Of a stretch of DNA of 64,000 nt, positions 28,763 to 38,120 are shown in pieces; positions within the stretch are counted from its first letter, which is position 1, and each line of letters opens with the position of its first letter. Both the position numbers and the translations under genes were made by a program. The notes beneath the pieces are model-generated. The model saw nothing but the letters and a program-made list of their open reading frames with translations. It was not told the origin of the DNA and made no database searches. Source of the stretch: a virus; IMG/VR virus record IMGVR_UViG_3300044632_000653; one strand, written 5' to 3'.

Positions 28763-29059
28763 GTGAAGACCTTCAGCGAGTACATCATGGAGACCAACAC
28801 CACGGCAAACCTGATCTATGCGGGGACGGACTTTGCCGTCGATGATGTCGGGGGAGACTTCGATGTCGAGGACTACGAATCCGAAGACCCCGAGGACCGC
28901 AAGAAGATGAAACCGTGGGAAGTGGAGAACGCCGAGGAAGCGAACCGCCGCAGGAACCACATCCTGCAGTGGCTGAAGGCAGCGGGGGCAAATCAATCCA
29001 AGGCGGTGACCGACAAGAGTTTGCCGCTCACACCCGAATGGCAGTCGAGGACACGATGA
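28763..29059 (+). CDS. Putative internal head protein
   Basis: GTG start MKTFSEYIME; TAAATA at 28752. Confidence 0.7.
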   Translation: MKTFSEYIMETNTTANLIYAGTDFAVDDVGGDFDVEDYESEDPEDRKKMKPWEVENAEEANRRRNHILQWLKAAGANQSKAVTDKSLPLTPEWQSRTR

Positions 29060-30000
29060 AGTCTTACCAGCATTTCATAAACGATCTCAACGAGATGAAG
29101 AACATAGGTGACGGCGACTGCATGGTGGTCGCCGCACAGATGTTGGTCTATCAGTCGTTCGGACCACACGCCGACATCGTGAACAAGGACTCCGTTCTCG
29201 TCCATGCCCTCGTCAGGGGTCAAGGCAAGGCGAAGGGTCTCCGATTCGCCCACGCATGGGTCGAGACGGGTGACACGGTTTACGACTACAGCAACGGCAA
29301 CAAGATAGCGATGCCGAAGGATGTCTACTACGCCATCGGCGGGGTGAAGGCCAAGCAGAAGGGTGCCTACTTCACATACACGCTGAAGGAAGCGAAGAAG
29401 AAGTTGCTCTCGACGGGTCACTACGGTCCTTGGGATCTTGACGAAAGCCTTGAGGAGAACAAGATCTCGGATCCCCGAGGGATCGGTCGGAAGAGGCTGC
29501 GGCTGTCCCCGAAGATGACCGATTTCCTCAAGACGAAGTTGACCGAGGCGATCATCACGGGTCGCCCGACCACGGGCATGCGCACGGGCGGGGGTGTGCG
29601 CTCCCTCGCACCCGCACAGCCGCAGGAGCATTCGTTCGTGTCGTGGAACGATCTCAAGCGGCTTGAGTCCATGCTTGATGCGCTCTTCGCACAGGCGGGT
29701 CTCGACATCGCCTTCACCAAGCACTTCTGGGAACGAATCAATGGAAGCCGTGGCTACGGTGGTACGGTTTCGATCCCCGAGTTGCAGGATGCCTTCCGCA
29801 AGACCTTCTCCAAGTACGCACAGCAGATCAAGGGGAAGTCGGTGAATTGGAAGGCAATCATCCTCGACATCGGCAAGGACCACCTCAACATGCCCTTCGT
29901 CCTCAATTGGAGCCCACAGGAGAAGGAGATGTCCATCGTCGCCCTCACGGCGATGAAGAAGCGCAACTTCATGGCATCCGAGCCCAAACTCCCCGTCTGA
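29056..30000 (+). CDS. Two-module putative internal protein; N-terminal transglutaminase/papain-like motif
   Basis: MKSYQHFINDLNE; GDC...HAWVE...YD; linker KLTEA. Confidence 0.6.
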   Translation: MKSYQHFINDLNEMKNIGDGDCMVVAAQMLVYQSFGPHADIVNKDSVLVHALVRGQGKAKGLRFAHAWVETGDTVYDYSNGNKIAMPKDVYYAIGGVKAKQKGAYFTYTLKEAKKKLLSTGHYGPWDLDESLEENKISDPRGIGRKRLRLSPKMTDFLKTKLTEAIITGRPTTGMRTGGGVRSLAPAQPQEHSFVSWNDLKRLESMLDALFAQAGLDIAFTKHFWERINGSRGYGGTVSIPELQDAFRKTFSKYAQQIKGKSVNWKAIILDIGKDHLNMPFVLNWSPQEKEMSIVALTAMKKRNFMASEPKLPV

Positions 30001-30003
30001 ACC

Positions 30004-30186
30004 ATGGAAGACCGAATCATCAACCGAGGGAAGGATTGGTTCGCCTTTACGAAGAGCATGGCTGACTACATGGTGAAGCCCATCCCGAGGAAGTTGCGGG
30101 GAGAGCCGAAGACCAAGGGAATCGCCAACGACACCCGACAGGCGCAGCACTCACCGACGAAGAATACGACAAGGATGCGACTCTAA
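30004..30186 (+). CDS. Small hypothetical protein
   Basis: Fills the gap, TAATG coupling to the next gene. Confidence 0.5.
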   Translation: MEDRIINRGKDWFAFTKSMADYMVKPIPRKLRGEPKTKGIANDTRQAQHSPTKNTTRMRL

Positions 30187-31574
30187 TGAAAACCTACTTC
30201 GACCTACGACAGGACCTACGACAGCAGAACCCCGATCAAGCCGAACTCATCGCCGAGCAGTTGAACCGCTACCTTGAGGAGAAGGCACTCGTCCTCGGGA
30301 AGGGCGAGAACTACGGACAGGCGGTCATCCTTGCGGGTGGTGCGGGATCGGGCAAGTCTTTCGCCGTCAGCAACTTCATGCAGGGGGAGAAGTTCAAGGT
30401 GTTCAATGTGGACTCACTCAAGGACACCCTGCTCTCCATCAGGGATCGTTTGAAGCGAGTCCCTGACATGCAACTCTCGGGAGGTATCAAGAGCGTCGTG
30501 CAAGCGATCCAAGACCTCAACCTGAGGAAGCCAAAGGATGTGGGCACCCTTCACATGATAGCGAAGAAGTTGGGTGGCAGGGGTCCAAATGACTCCACGA
30601 TGATTGGCAGGGTCGTTGGCAAGGTCGATGACACCAACTTCCACAAGCAGGAGGACATCCTCTCGCTGAAGGAACTGATCAAGGACTTCAATGTCGATCA
30701 GAAGAATCAGATCATGTTCTTCGCCGACAAGACCAAGAGCGTCAAGCCGAATGTGATGTTCGATGTGACGCTCAAGGACATCGGTGCGCTGCATAGTGAA
30801 CTCGGTGGAGAGTTCGGCATCATCCAACTCCTCAAGATGGCGGGATATGCACCCGAGAACATCCACATCGTTTGGATCCTCACGGACTACCGCATCGCCA
30901 TGCGGCAGAACCTCACCCGCAGTCGTGTCGTGGCATCGGACATCTTCTTCGCCACGCACCTCGGCGCAAGCGGAACCATGCGGGACATCGTCTTCAAGAA
31001 CTACTCAAGCCTCGGGATCAACGGCGATATCGCCGTCATCCTCGGAGGCGGCAAGGGACAAGTCGAGTTTGAGGTTGGCAAGTCCTATGGACCCGATACG
31101 AAGTCCACCGAGGGGACTCCTCTCCTCAAGGGCGGTCTCAAGGGGAAGTCGTTCACCGTGACCTCTGCGAACAAGTTGACGCTTCCTGTGTTCATCGACT
31201 TCCGCTACTACAGGCTGAAGAAGGCAGGTGACCGTTCGATCAACCGAGAGGCTCTTCAGTCGATCCACGATGCGATCAGCAAGATGGCACCGAGCGGGAA
31301 GACGGGTGCGGCGGCTGCACAGGCGCAGGTCGTGCGGAAAATAATGAGCGACTTCAACGGGGCGCAGAAACTGATCTTGCAGATGCTCCAGCGAGGTGTC
31401 TCGGTCGAGCAGATCAAGAGCGAGTACAGGAGGAAGTTCCCTCCCCTCAAGCCGATCCACCCCGAGACGGCTGCTGCACTCGGTCTCTCCGAACTTGAGT
31501 ACAAGCCCGTACTCGACCAACGGGTGGCTGACATCCTCGGTTTGAAGGTCGGGGAGTACAAGTTGAGGAGTTGA
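30186..31574 (+). CDS. P-loop kinase (zeta-toxin/AAA-like)
   Basis: ILAGGAGSGKS, FNVD, MFDVT. Confidence 0.75.
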   Translation: MKTYFDLRQDLRQQNPDQAELIAEQLNRYLEEKALVLGKGENYGQAVILAGGAGSGKSFAVSNFMQGEKFKVFNVDSLKDTLLSIRDRLKRVPDMQLSGGIKSVVQAIQDLNLRKPKDVGTLHMIAKKLGGRGPNDSTMIGRVVGKVDDTNFHKQEDILSLKELIKDFNVDQKNQIMFFADKTKSVKPNVMFDVTLKDIGALHSELGGEFGIIQLLKMAGYAPENIHIVWILTDYRIAMRQNLTRSRVVASDIFFATHLGASGTMRDIVFKNYSSLGINGDIAVILGGGKGQVEFEVGKSYGPDTKSTEGTPLLKGGLKGKSFTVTSANKLTLPVFIDFRYYRLKKAGDRSINREALQSIHDAISKMAPSGKTGAAAAQAQVVRKIMSDFNGAQKLILQMLQRGVSVEQIKSEYRRKFPPLKPIHPETAAALGLSELEYKPVLDQRVADILGLKVGEYKLRS

Positions 31575-31627
31575 CGGAAACGGATGAAAACTTCTGCCTG
31601 TTGGGCGATTATGCCGATGAGGGACAC

Positions 31628-32167
31628 ATGAAACGACAACCTCTAGCCCGACATCTCCTTGAATCAAATCTCGCCTTGACCCGTGAGAACTCGGCGTTCA
31701 TAGACTATCTCGTCTCGTTTGAAGCGACGATCCATTCGATCCAATCTCACGCAAAGGCGACGGGAATCGTTGAGTTGGATCGTCTCTCCGAGTTGCGGAG
31801 GCAGTTGCAGTCGGTCATCACGGCGACCGAGGACCGCCGCATCGCCAACACGGGACGAAAGGATGCACCCGACCTCGCTGACCTCAACAAGACGGTGCAG
31901 CAGGACGAGGGGATCAAGTCGTACCTCTACAACATCGACATCGATCCCGTGAAGTACGACAAGATGCTCGGCAAGATGCTTGATGACATGTTCAAGCCGC
32001 CGACCAACAAGGAACCGCCGCCACCTCCTCCACCGCAGACCTACGACGGTGCGGTGTACTTCTTCAAGTCGATCAACTGGGGCAAAAACTTCGGCGGCGA
32101 CCTTGAAGGCGAGTGGCAGGATTATCAGGACGAAGAAAATCCCGAAGATCCTCTTGACGAACGGTGA
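31628..32167 (+). CDS. Hypothetical protein
   Basis: GAGG RBS; typical codon usage. Confidence 0.6.
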   Translation: MKRQPLARHLLESNLALTRENSAFIDYLVSFEATIHSIQSHAKATGIVELDRLSELRRQLQSVITATEDRRIANTGRKDAPDLADLNKTVQQDEGIKSYLYNIDIDPVKYDKMLGKMLDDMFKPPTNKEPPPPPPPQTYDGAVYFFKSINWGKNFGGDLEGEWQDYQDEENPEDPLDER

Positions 32168-32189
32168 AGCGTAGAGTATCGTATCGTAT

Positions 32190-32483
32190 ATGAGCGATAC
32201 CAAGATTCTCACCGAAGACGAAAAGACCCTGCGTAACGAGATCATCTCCGCTCTCAAGCGGGGAATCGTCACCGTCCACTTCACCAAGGTGGATGGGACG
32301 CAGAGGACCATGCGCTGCACCCTCTCCGATGCGGTGCTGCCCCCGAAGCCCGAACCCGATCCGTCCAATCCGTTGCCTCCGAAGTCGAAGCGTCCCCCCA
32401 CGAATGTGGTGGTGTGGGACACGGAGAAAGAGGAGTGGCGATCATTCAACCTCCGCAGCGTGACGGCTTGGCAACCCGAGTGA
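32190..32483 (+). CDS. WYL_2/SH3-like T4-type protein
   Basis: FTKVDGTQRTMRCTL...VWDTEKEEWRSF. Confidence 0.75.
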   Translation: MSDTKILTEDEKTLRNEIISALKRGIVTVHFTKVDGTQRTMRCTLSDAVLPPKPEPDPSNPLPPKSKRPPTNVVVWDTEKEEWRSFNLRSVTAWQPE

Positions 32484-32490
32484 TCCTCTA

Positions 32491-32564
32491 GCCCTCCTAG
32501 TTCAGTTGGATAGAACAGCGGTTTCCTAAACCGCAGGTCGCAGGTTCAAGTCCTGCGGGGGGCG
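32491..32564 (+). tRNA. tRNA-Arg(CCU)
   Basis: Cloverleaf; anticodon arm GCGGT-TTCCTAA-ACCGC; T loop TTCAAGT; CCA not encoded. Confidence 0.95.
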
Positions 32565-32566
32565 TT

Positions 32567-33571
32567 ATGAACGACGAGAACAACCCACTAACGGTCTCCA
32601 CGGCGAAGGTCGCCTGCCTCACGACGCATGCCACGGATGCCGTGATGAATAGCATCCTCGGCAACGGGTGGGAGGACATCATCATCCCTCGGCGCATCGT
32701 GCCGCCAAACGGCTATCCATCCCCGAAGTTGTGGTGGGCGCAATGGGCGATGAAGATGGCGGTCATCCGAGAACCCGAATATAACACCCCCGAGCGCAAG
32801 CGTGACACGGACATGTTCTCGTACACCGAGAGGAAACTGCGAGGGGTTGATGGTCCCACCTACTTCCTCTCCAACGAACTCATCGATGCACTCGACCGCA
32901 CCGATGTTGAGAACACCATGCCGATGGAGGAACTGCGGTTCCCCCACGAAGGAATGCTCTTTGTCCTGCCGACCGCTCGACGGTTCGCCGAAATCAACGG
33001 CGTGTTCGGCTCCATGTCGCATGTCACTATGTTCACCATCTCACAGATGGATCATGTGAATTTTGGGAAGTCCTACATCGTGACCTTCCTCGACAACGAG
33101 GGGGTTTCATCCCATGCTCACTACCCCTGTCGAGGAACTTACGCAGAGCAGATGTCTGAGTTTGGGAGCGAGTTCTGTTGCAACACCGAAGATGCACTAG
33201 AGGCATTCAGGCGTGAGTTCAACATCGAAGTCAACCCCAATCAATTAGAGGCAGACAAGTGGCAGAACGGAATGGTCGTGAGAATGGCATGGAAGATTCT
33301 CTGCGCCATGAACTGCACGAACGACATCGTGAGGGTCGGTGGCGGTGTGTGCCGTGAGGCGAGGACGAAGAAGGGCAAGACACGCCCCGCCCTGTGGAAC
33401 CCGATCATCCTCGACCTCGGCGAGAGGATCCGCACCGAAGGAGAAGACTCCTCGGGCGCAGGTGTGAAACTGCATTGGAGGCGGGGGCACTTCCGTCGCC
33501 AAGTCTGCGGAGTCGGCAGGGCGCAGCGCAAGACGATGTGGATCAAGCCGCACAAGGTCGGGTCCCTCTAA
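32567..33571 (+). CDS. Hypothetical phage protein
   Basis: C-terminal HWRRGHFR...WIKPH motif. Confidence 0.7.
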   Translation: MNDENNPLTVSTAKVACLTTHATDAVMNSILGNGWEDIIIPRRIVPPNGYPSPKLWWAQWAMKMAVIREPEYNTPERKRDTDMFSYTERKLRGVDGPTYFLSNELIDALDRTDVENTMPMEELRFPHEGMLFVLPTARRFAEINGVFGSMSHVTMFTISQMDHVNFGKSYIVTFLDNEGVSSHAHYPCRGTYAEQMSEFGSEFCCNTEDALEAFRREFNIEVNPNQLEADKWQNGMVVRMAWKILCAMNCTNDIVRVGGGVCREARTKKGKTRPALWNPIILDLGERIRTEGEDSSGAGVKLHWRRGHFRRQVCGVGRAQRKTMWIKPHKVGSL

Positions 33572-33579
33572 ATACAACC

Positions 33580-34134
33580 ATGCTGACCCTTACGGAAGCC
33601 ATACTCAAGGCGAACCCCAAGTCGCAGATCTACTGCGACATGGACGGGGTACTCGTTGACATCATCGGCGGCATCTGTTCTGCCGATGGGAAGCCCCGAT
33701 GCAGCGAGACCGACTTTGAGGACTACTTGGAGCGCAACAAGAAGAAGTTCGACTCGGAGCATCCGAGGATCTTCGCAAGGCTCCCGTGGATGAAGGACGG
33801 CAAGGGGCTGTGGTCGTACATCTCGCAGTTCTCGGCAAACATCCTCTCGGCACATACGGTTTCATGGCAACCGACGAGCAAGGAAGACAAGATGGTATGG
33901 ATCAAGCGTGAGATGCGACCCTTGCCATCAAGGATCCACATCCTGCTACGCCATCAGAAGCGTGAGTACGCCGTACAGGATGACGGCACACCGAACATCC
34001 TGATCGATGATTGGGAGCAGAACATCGTTGAGTGGAAGGCTGCGGGTGGGATCCCCATCCATCATAAGAATGCCGCCACCACGATTGCCACGCTCAAGAA
34101 GTTGGGATTCAATAAGGGGAGAAAGACAGCATGA
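33580..34134 (+). CDS. HAD-family 5'(3')-deoxyribonucleotidase
   Basis: YCDMDGVL, ILIDD; TAAATA at 33569. Confidence 0.85.
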   Translation: MLTLTEAILKANPKSQIYCDMDGVLVDIIGGICSADGKPRCSETDFEDYLERNKKKFDSEHPRIFARLPWMKDGKGLWSYISQFSANILSAHTVSWQPTSKEDKMVWIKREMRPLPSRIHILLRHQKREYAVQDDGTPNILIDDWEQNIVEWKAAGGIPIHHKNAATTIATLKKLGFNKGRKTA

Positions 34135-34757
34135 ACAGGGACACCTTGAAAAACCTCACCGAGGCTGCGAACGACATCGGCACCATGAGGGTGCTTGACG
34201 AGGCATCGCTGTCTCGGCTCTACCAACACACGCTCGACAGGAACATCGGCATCATCACCGCCTTCCGTGGTCGCTATCCCGTCTCCGAGAACAAGGCTAG
34301 GAACTCCAAACTCCAAGCCGAGATCCGTGCTGCGGGGTTCGGGTTCTACCGAGTCGATGGTCACTACATCGAAGGGTACGGTTCCGAGGTCTCCAAGGAT
34401 GTGAAGGAACAGGCGTTCCTCGTCATCGGGGACAAGGGAGATGACAAGGGTAGGCTCAAGGGATTCCTGCGCAAGGCGGGTGCGAGGCACAACCAAGACT
34501 CCGTTCTGTACAAGTCGTTCGACGGCAAGGCTGTCCTGATCGGCACACAGGGCAAGGACGAGGACGGCAACCCCGTCGAGTTCCCAGGTCTCGGCAAGGA
34601 GTTCTCCGTGGGCGAGTTCAAGCCCATGAAGGTCTCGCAGTTCTACTCCAAGATGAAGGGCAAGCCTTTCGTGTTTGAGTCGTACCAAGAAGCGGACACC
34701 TTCAACAGCGCATGGTTGAGGCATCTGATGGCGGGGAAAGAGCCATCGGCGAAGTAG
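34131..34757 (+). CDS. Hypothetical late protein
   Basis: Leader LKNLTEAAN; LDEASLSR; IITAFR; QDSV. Confidence 0.7.
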   Translation: MNRDTLKNLTEAANDIGTMRVLDEASLSRLYQHTLDRNIGIITAFRGRYPVSENKARNSKLQAEIRAAGFGFYRVDGHYIEGYGSEVSKDVKEQAFLVIGDKGDDKGRLKGFLRKAGARHNQDSVLYKSFDGKAVLIGTQGKDEDGNPVEFPGLGKEFSVGEFKPMKVSQFYSKMKGKPFVFESYQEADTFNSAWLRHLMAGKEPSAK

Positions 34758-34820
34758 CCCAACGGCAGAGGCATTCGATTCAAAATCGAACTAGTGTGGG
34801 TTCGACTCCCACCTTCGCTA
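34748..34820 (+). tRNA. tRNA-Leu(CAA) with a short variable loop
   Basis: Acceptor GGCGAAG/CTTCGCT; anticodon arm TTCGA-TTCAAAA-TCGAA; GTGGG-TTCGACT-CCCAC. Confidence 0.9.
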
Positions 34821-34832
34821 CTAGGAGGAATC

Positions 34833-35057
34833 ATGGCATACATTGCAGGTCAAGGCTACAGGGACGGCTACAACGACCGAATGTCAGGTAACCCAAACAG
34901 GTACCCGTTCGGCATGACTTCTGCCACATCCGACAGTAGGGTGTATTGGGACGAGTACCTGACGGGATACGCCGAGGCGAACACCAAGGTGTTGCAGGAT
35001 GCCCGTCACAGCGTGAATGAGATCCACGGAAGCATGGGTCGCTACCTCATCGAATAG
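34833..35057 (+). CDS. Small protein with an RMF-like GY..G...P....GY pattern
   Basis: AGGAGG RBS; GYRDGY...YP...YLTGY. Confidence 0.55.
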   Translation: MAYIAGQGYRDGYNDRMSGNPNRYPFGMTSATSDSRVYWDEYLTGYAEANTKVLQDARHSVNEIHGSMGRYLIE

Positions 35058-35065
35058 ATACGAAC

Positions 35066-35431
35066 ATGACCGTCATCACCACCCTACTCACCCTTCAGTC
35101 CCAACTCCGTGTCTTCCATTGGCAGACAAAGTCGTATGCCGAGCATAAGGCACTCGGGAGACTCTACGAGACTCTCGACGGACAGATCGATGAGTTCGTG
35201 GAGACCTTCTCGGGACGCTACGGTGTCCCCGCAGCCAAGGATTCCTACAAGTTGACCTTGGTGAACTACAAGGACAACGCAGGGGTGGTCGAAATCCTCG
35301 ACCAAGCCATCTCGTACATGACCAAAGATGTCCCGTCCCTCCTCAAGACCGAGGACACGGATCTCCTCAATATCAGGGACGAGATGATCGGAGCGATCAA
35401 TCGGACGAAGTATCTCCTCCGTCTCAAGTAA
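35066..35431 (+). CDS. Ferritin/Dps-like four-helix protein
   Basis: HWQTKSYAEHKALG..YE..D..VE. Confidence 0.7.
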   Translation: MTVITTLLTLQSQLRVFHWQTKSYAEHKALGRLYETLDGQIDEFVETFSGRYGVPAAKDSYKLTLVNYKDNAGVVEILDQAISYMTKDVPSLLKTEDTDLLNIRDEMIGAINRTKYLLRLK

Positions 35432-35436
35432 ACCAA

Positions 35437-35794
35437 GGGGTCGATCAGGTATCGAATCCATGAAGACCGATGAGTGATGCGCCACGGGAAACCATGCTAG
35501 ACCCGTAAAAGTGTATGGAAACCATAACTGCCAAGTTCAATGTGCAGCCCCGTCAGCGTCTCGCTCTCGCAGCCTGACCCCGACGAATCGTCTTCCCGAC
35601 TCCCTTGAGGAAGACGATCAGACCAAGGGATAGGTCGCAGGGAGTCGGGAAGCCGACTGCGACCGAGATCAAAGATCCCGAAACTGAACCCGTTCAGTCG
35701 CTCTCGGCGGCGGGTCAGTACAAGCGAGGGCTATTGGCGTAGTAGGCACCACGGTAGGCATGAGATCACGGGGGTTCGATTCCCCCCGACTCCA
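35437..35794 (+). ncRNA. ssrA: tmRNA
   Basis: GGGGTCG/CGACTCC-A acceptor with G3:U; T arm GGGGG-TTCGATT-CCCCC; tag ORF 35530-35577 AKFNVQPRQRLALAA* after ATAACT. Confidence 0.95.
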
Positions 35795-35795
35795 T

Positions 35796-35866
35796 TCGCC
35801 TGTTGTGTAAAGGTAGCACAGAAGACTTTGATTCTTCCAGTCTTGGTTCGATCCCAAGCGGGCGAG
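35796..35866 (+). tRNA. tRNA-Gln(UUG)
   Basis: Acceptor TCGCCTG/CGGGCGA; anticodon arm GAAGA-CTTTGAT-TCTTC. Confidence 0.92.
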
Positions 35867-35875
35867 TTCACAGCA

Positions 35876-36199
35876 ATGGCATACAAGTTCACCACCAAAA
35901 GTCGATACGGTCAACTGCGAACCATCACCCTCCTTGATGAGCAGCGTGGAGTGTTCAAGGTCTCGGGTCCCTCGGAGTTCTCCCGTGGGGGCGAGGACAT
36001 GTTCGACTTTGAAGGTGGACCCTTCTACTGCGTGGACTTCGACTTCCATGGCATCGGTACCGTCCTCTCCGTGACGATCCCATGTCAGGAGGAGCGAGAG
36101 GCGAACTGCTTCCACGAACCGACAGTCTTGGTCACGGTGAGGCTCTCATCGAAGGGCAAGAAGGAGATCAAGAAATGGCAAAAGGAAAACTATGGGTGA
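35876..36199 (+). CDS. Hypothetical protein
   Basis: ORF MAYKFTTKSRYG...FDFEGGPF. Confidence 0.65.
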   Translation: MAYKFTTKSRYGQLRTITLLDEQRGVFKVSGPSEFSRGGEDMFDFEGGPFYCVDFDFHGIGTVLSVTIPCQEEREANCFHEPTVLVTVRLSSKGKKEIKKWQKENYG

Positions 36200-36579
36200 T
36201 CACGGTCAAGAGCAACTCGACGGACAAGGGCTACCTAGTGGTGAGCCACGGTGTTGTGGCGGTGTATGCAAGCGAACGGGATGCAGCCAAGGAGGCGAAG
36301 TGGCTGAACGACTTCCATCGAAGGATCGGATCTGGGACGCAATACACCCCGAGTCGGTGGCAGGAGGATCGGGGGTACAGGACATCGCTTCAGAGTCCGA
36401 TTTCCGAGAGCGAGTCCGACAACTCCATGAGGACATGGTCCGAGCCAAGGAAAAGCGTCGGGAAGAGATCGAAGCAGCGCACCCCCGAGTATTCGGAGGC
36501 GGCACCAAGTGCGTCGATTCCGACCGACCTCTCGGAACTGTTCGTTGGGAATTTGGCTACGGATGGGACGAACTTGTAA
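36175..36579 (+). CDS. Hypothetical protein
   Basis: GGAG upstream; 3' half overlaps the next gene. Confidence 0.45.
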   Translation: MAKGKLWVITVKSNSTDKGYLVVSHGVVAVYASERDAAKEAKWLNDFHRRIGSGTQYTPSRWQEDRGYRTSLQSPISESESDNSMRTWSEPRKSVGKRSKQRTPEYSEAAPSASIPTDLSELFVGNLATDGTNL

Positions 36580-36875
36580 CGACCCTCATCAACACCATCG
36601 AAGGGGAGATCGACCGAGATCCCTCCCTGACCGAGGGAGACACTCCGTTCGCCATCGTTGAGATGAAGGAGAAGTTCGCACAACTCCGCATCTACACGCA
36701 GGGTGGGAACAGCCGCATCCGTGGTGTCATCTCGTTCACCGAGTACCTCTCCTCGGGTACCTGCGAGATCTGCGGCGGCGTGGGTCATCCCCATACCTCG
36801 GGTCATTGGCTGAAGACCTTCTGTGACGAGTGCGGTGTCCTCTACAAGTACACGCCTGTGAAGTCGGATAAATAA
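36357..36875 (+). CDS. Phage protein with a KEKF.xLR motif and Zn ribbon
   Basis: GYGW, MKEKFAQLRIY, CEICG...C..C; start uncertain. Confidence 0.65.
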   Translation: MAGGSGVQDIASESDFRERVRQLHEDMVRAKEKRREEIEAAHPRVFGGGTKCVDSDRPLGTVRWEFGYGWDELVTTLINTIEGEIDRDPSLTEGDTPFAIVEMKEKFAQLRIYTQGGNSRIRGVISFTEYLSSGTCEICGGVGHPHTSGHWLKTFCDECGVLYKYTPVKSDK

Positions 36876-36883
36876 GTCCGACC

Positions 36884-37300
36884 ATGGCGAAACGAGAGAT
36901 CGTCAACACGGCGAAGCAGTTTCGCTGCCGCACACGCACCTGCGCCCCCTCCTCGGAGGCGAAGGCACTCATAGCGTCGAAGTTGGGGGCTCGGGGAAAG
37001 TCGAAGTCCAAGGGCTACGACGAGATCCTTCAGTTGGTCGAACTGATGAAAGAGTCGAATGTTTGGGGTGCGGGACTAAAAGGATACCTATTCCGAGGCG
37101 ATATCAGCACGGGGATGAAGAGTGCCATCACTTCGTTCGCCGTATCGAACGGATGGCAGATCACCCTCGGCAGACGGATCGTGAAGTACGGAATCATCAT
37201 CCGAGGCGGCAAACTCAACAAGCGGCATCTCTTGATCTTCGGAAAGTACCGAGGCAAGGGCATGACTAGCAAGGCTTACTGTTCTCTCACAATCATCTGA
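36884..37300 (+). CDS. Basic late hypothetical protein
   Basis: TAAATA at 36869. Confidence 0.6.
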   Translation: MAKREIVNTAKQFRCRTRTCAPSSEAKALIASKLGARGKSKSKGYDEILQLVELMKESNVWGAGLKGYLFRGDISTGMKSAITSFAVSNGWQITLGRRIVKYGIIIRGGKLNKRHLLIFGKYRGKGMTSKAYCSLTII

Positions 37301-37311
37301 GGATCTTCGAC

Positions 37312-37794
37312 ATGGACATCACCTTTACCGACGCTCGCTCCAAGAGGGCGAACACCTTCAACGCCATTCAGTCCTGCTCCATCGTGAGCCTCTTCTTCGC
37401 ACTTGTCTCGTTCTGTGCGGTGGCATGGTCGCTCTTCATGGTCTTCACCACGGAGGAGTTGGGCAAGCCCGTCGCTGTCGGCGGCATCGGTGTCCTCCTT
37501 CTCCTCTGCTCGTACCTCATCTCCAACCTCGCCAAGGCGGTCCAGGCGAAGGTCGCCGACGATGACCGAAGGCAGCAGGAGCAGGACATGATCGACATGA
37601 TGGAGAGGATCGAAGACCGCTGCAAGGATGCCGACGATGGGCTGACGGAGCGGATCGATGAAGTCGAGGCGAGGTTGGAGGACAGGATCAACGAGGTGAA
37701 CCGTGACCTCTCCCATCAGATGAGCCAAGACAACGAGAACATTTGGCGCAACCTGCATGAAGTTGAAATGAAGGTTTCCGACCGCAAGAAGTGA
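37312..37794 (+). CDS. Two-TM protein with a coiled coil
   Basis: Two hydrophobic helices then a charged coiled coil; terminator at ~37820-37853. Confidence 0.7.
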   Translation: MDITFTDARSKRANTFNAIQSCSIVSLFFALVSFCAVAWSLFMVFTTEELGKPVAVGGIGVLLLLCSYLISNLAKAVQAKVADDDRRQQEQDMIDMMERIEDRCKDADDGLTERIDEVEARLEDRINEVNRDLSHQMSQDNENIWRNLHEVEMKVSDRKK

Positions 37795-37865
37795 GCGGCG
37801 AGATCGTCTGCGTGTAGGGCGAAGGGGGCTAAACCCCTTTCGCCCTTTTCTTTTGGAGCAAGCAC

Positions 37866-38120
37866 ATGACATTGCCATACGAACGAGTCAACGCAGTCAT
37901 CAACACAAGGAAGTTCCTGCTGACCCTGCTGTTCCCCTCGTTGACCCCGAGGGTACCGAGGGACATCCGCATGGAGGCGAGGCGGCTCCTCAAGCACTAC
38001 CCGTGGGACGGCGAAGCGCAAGCATTAGCAACGGAATTTCCCGAAGGCAAGCGCAAGGCACAAAAGAACACACGCAAAGGTCGAAGAAAGCAGAAGCCAA
38101 CCAAGGAGCAAGACCTGTGA
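37866..38120 (+). CDS. Hypothetical protein
   Basis: MTLPYER...ARRLLKHYP motif. Confidence 0.7.
   Translation: MTLPYERVNAVINTRKFLLTLLFPSLTPRVPRDIRMEARRLLKHYPWDGEAQALATEFPEGKRKAQKNTRKGRRKQKPTKEQDL

Noticed and set aside
32565-35900. HDV-like (theta) or hammerhead ribozymes beside the tRNAs
   Set aside because: The tRNAs are followed within a few bases by genes and I could not fit the conserved cores
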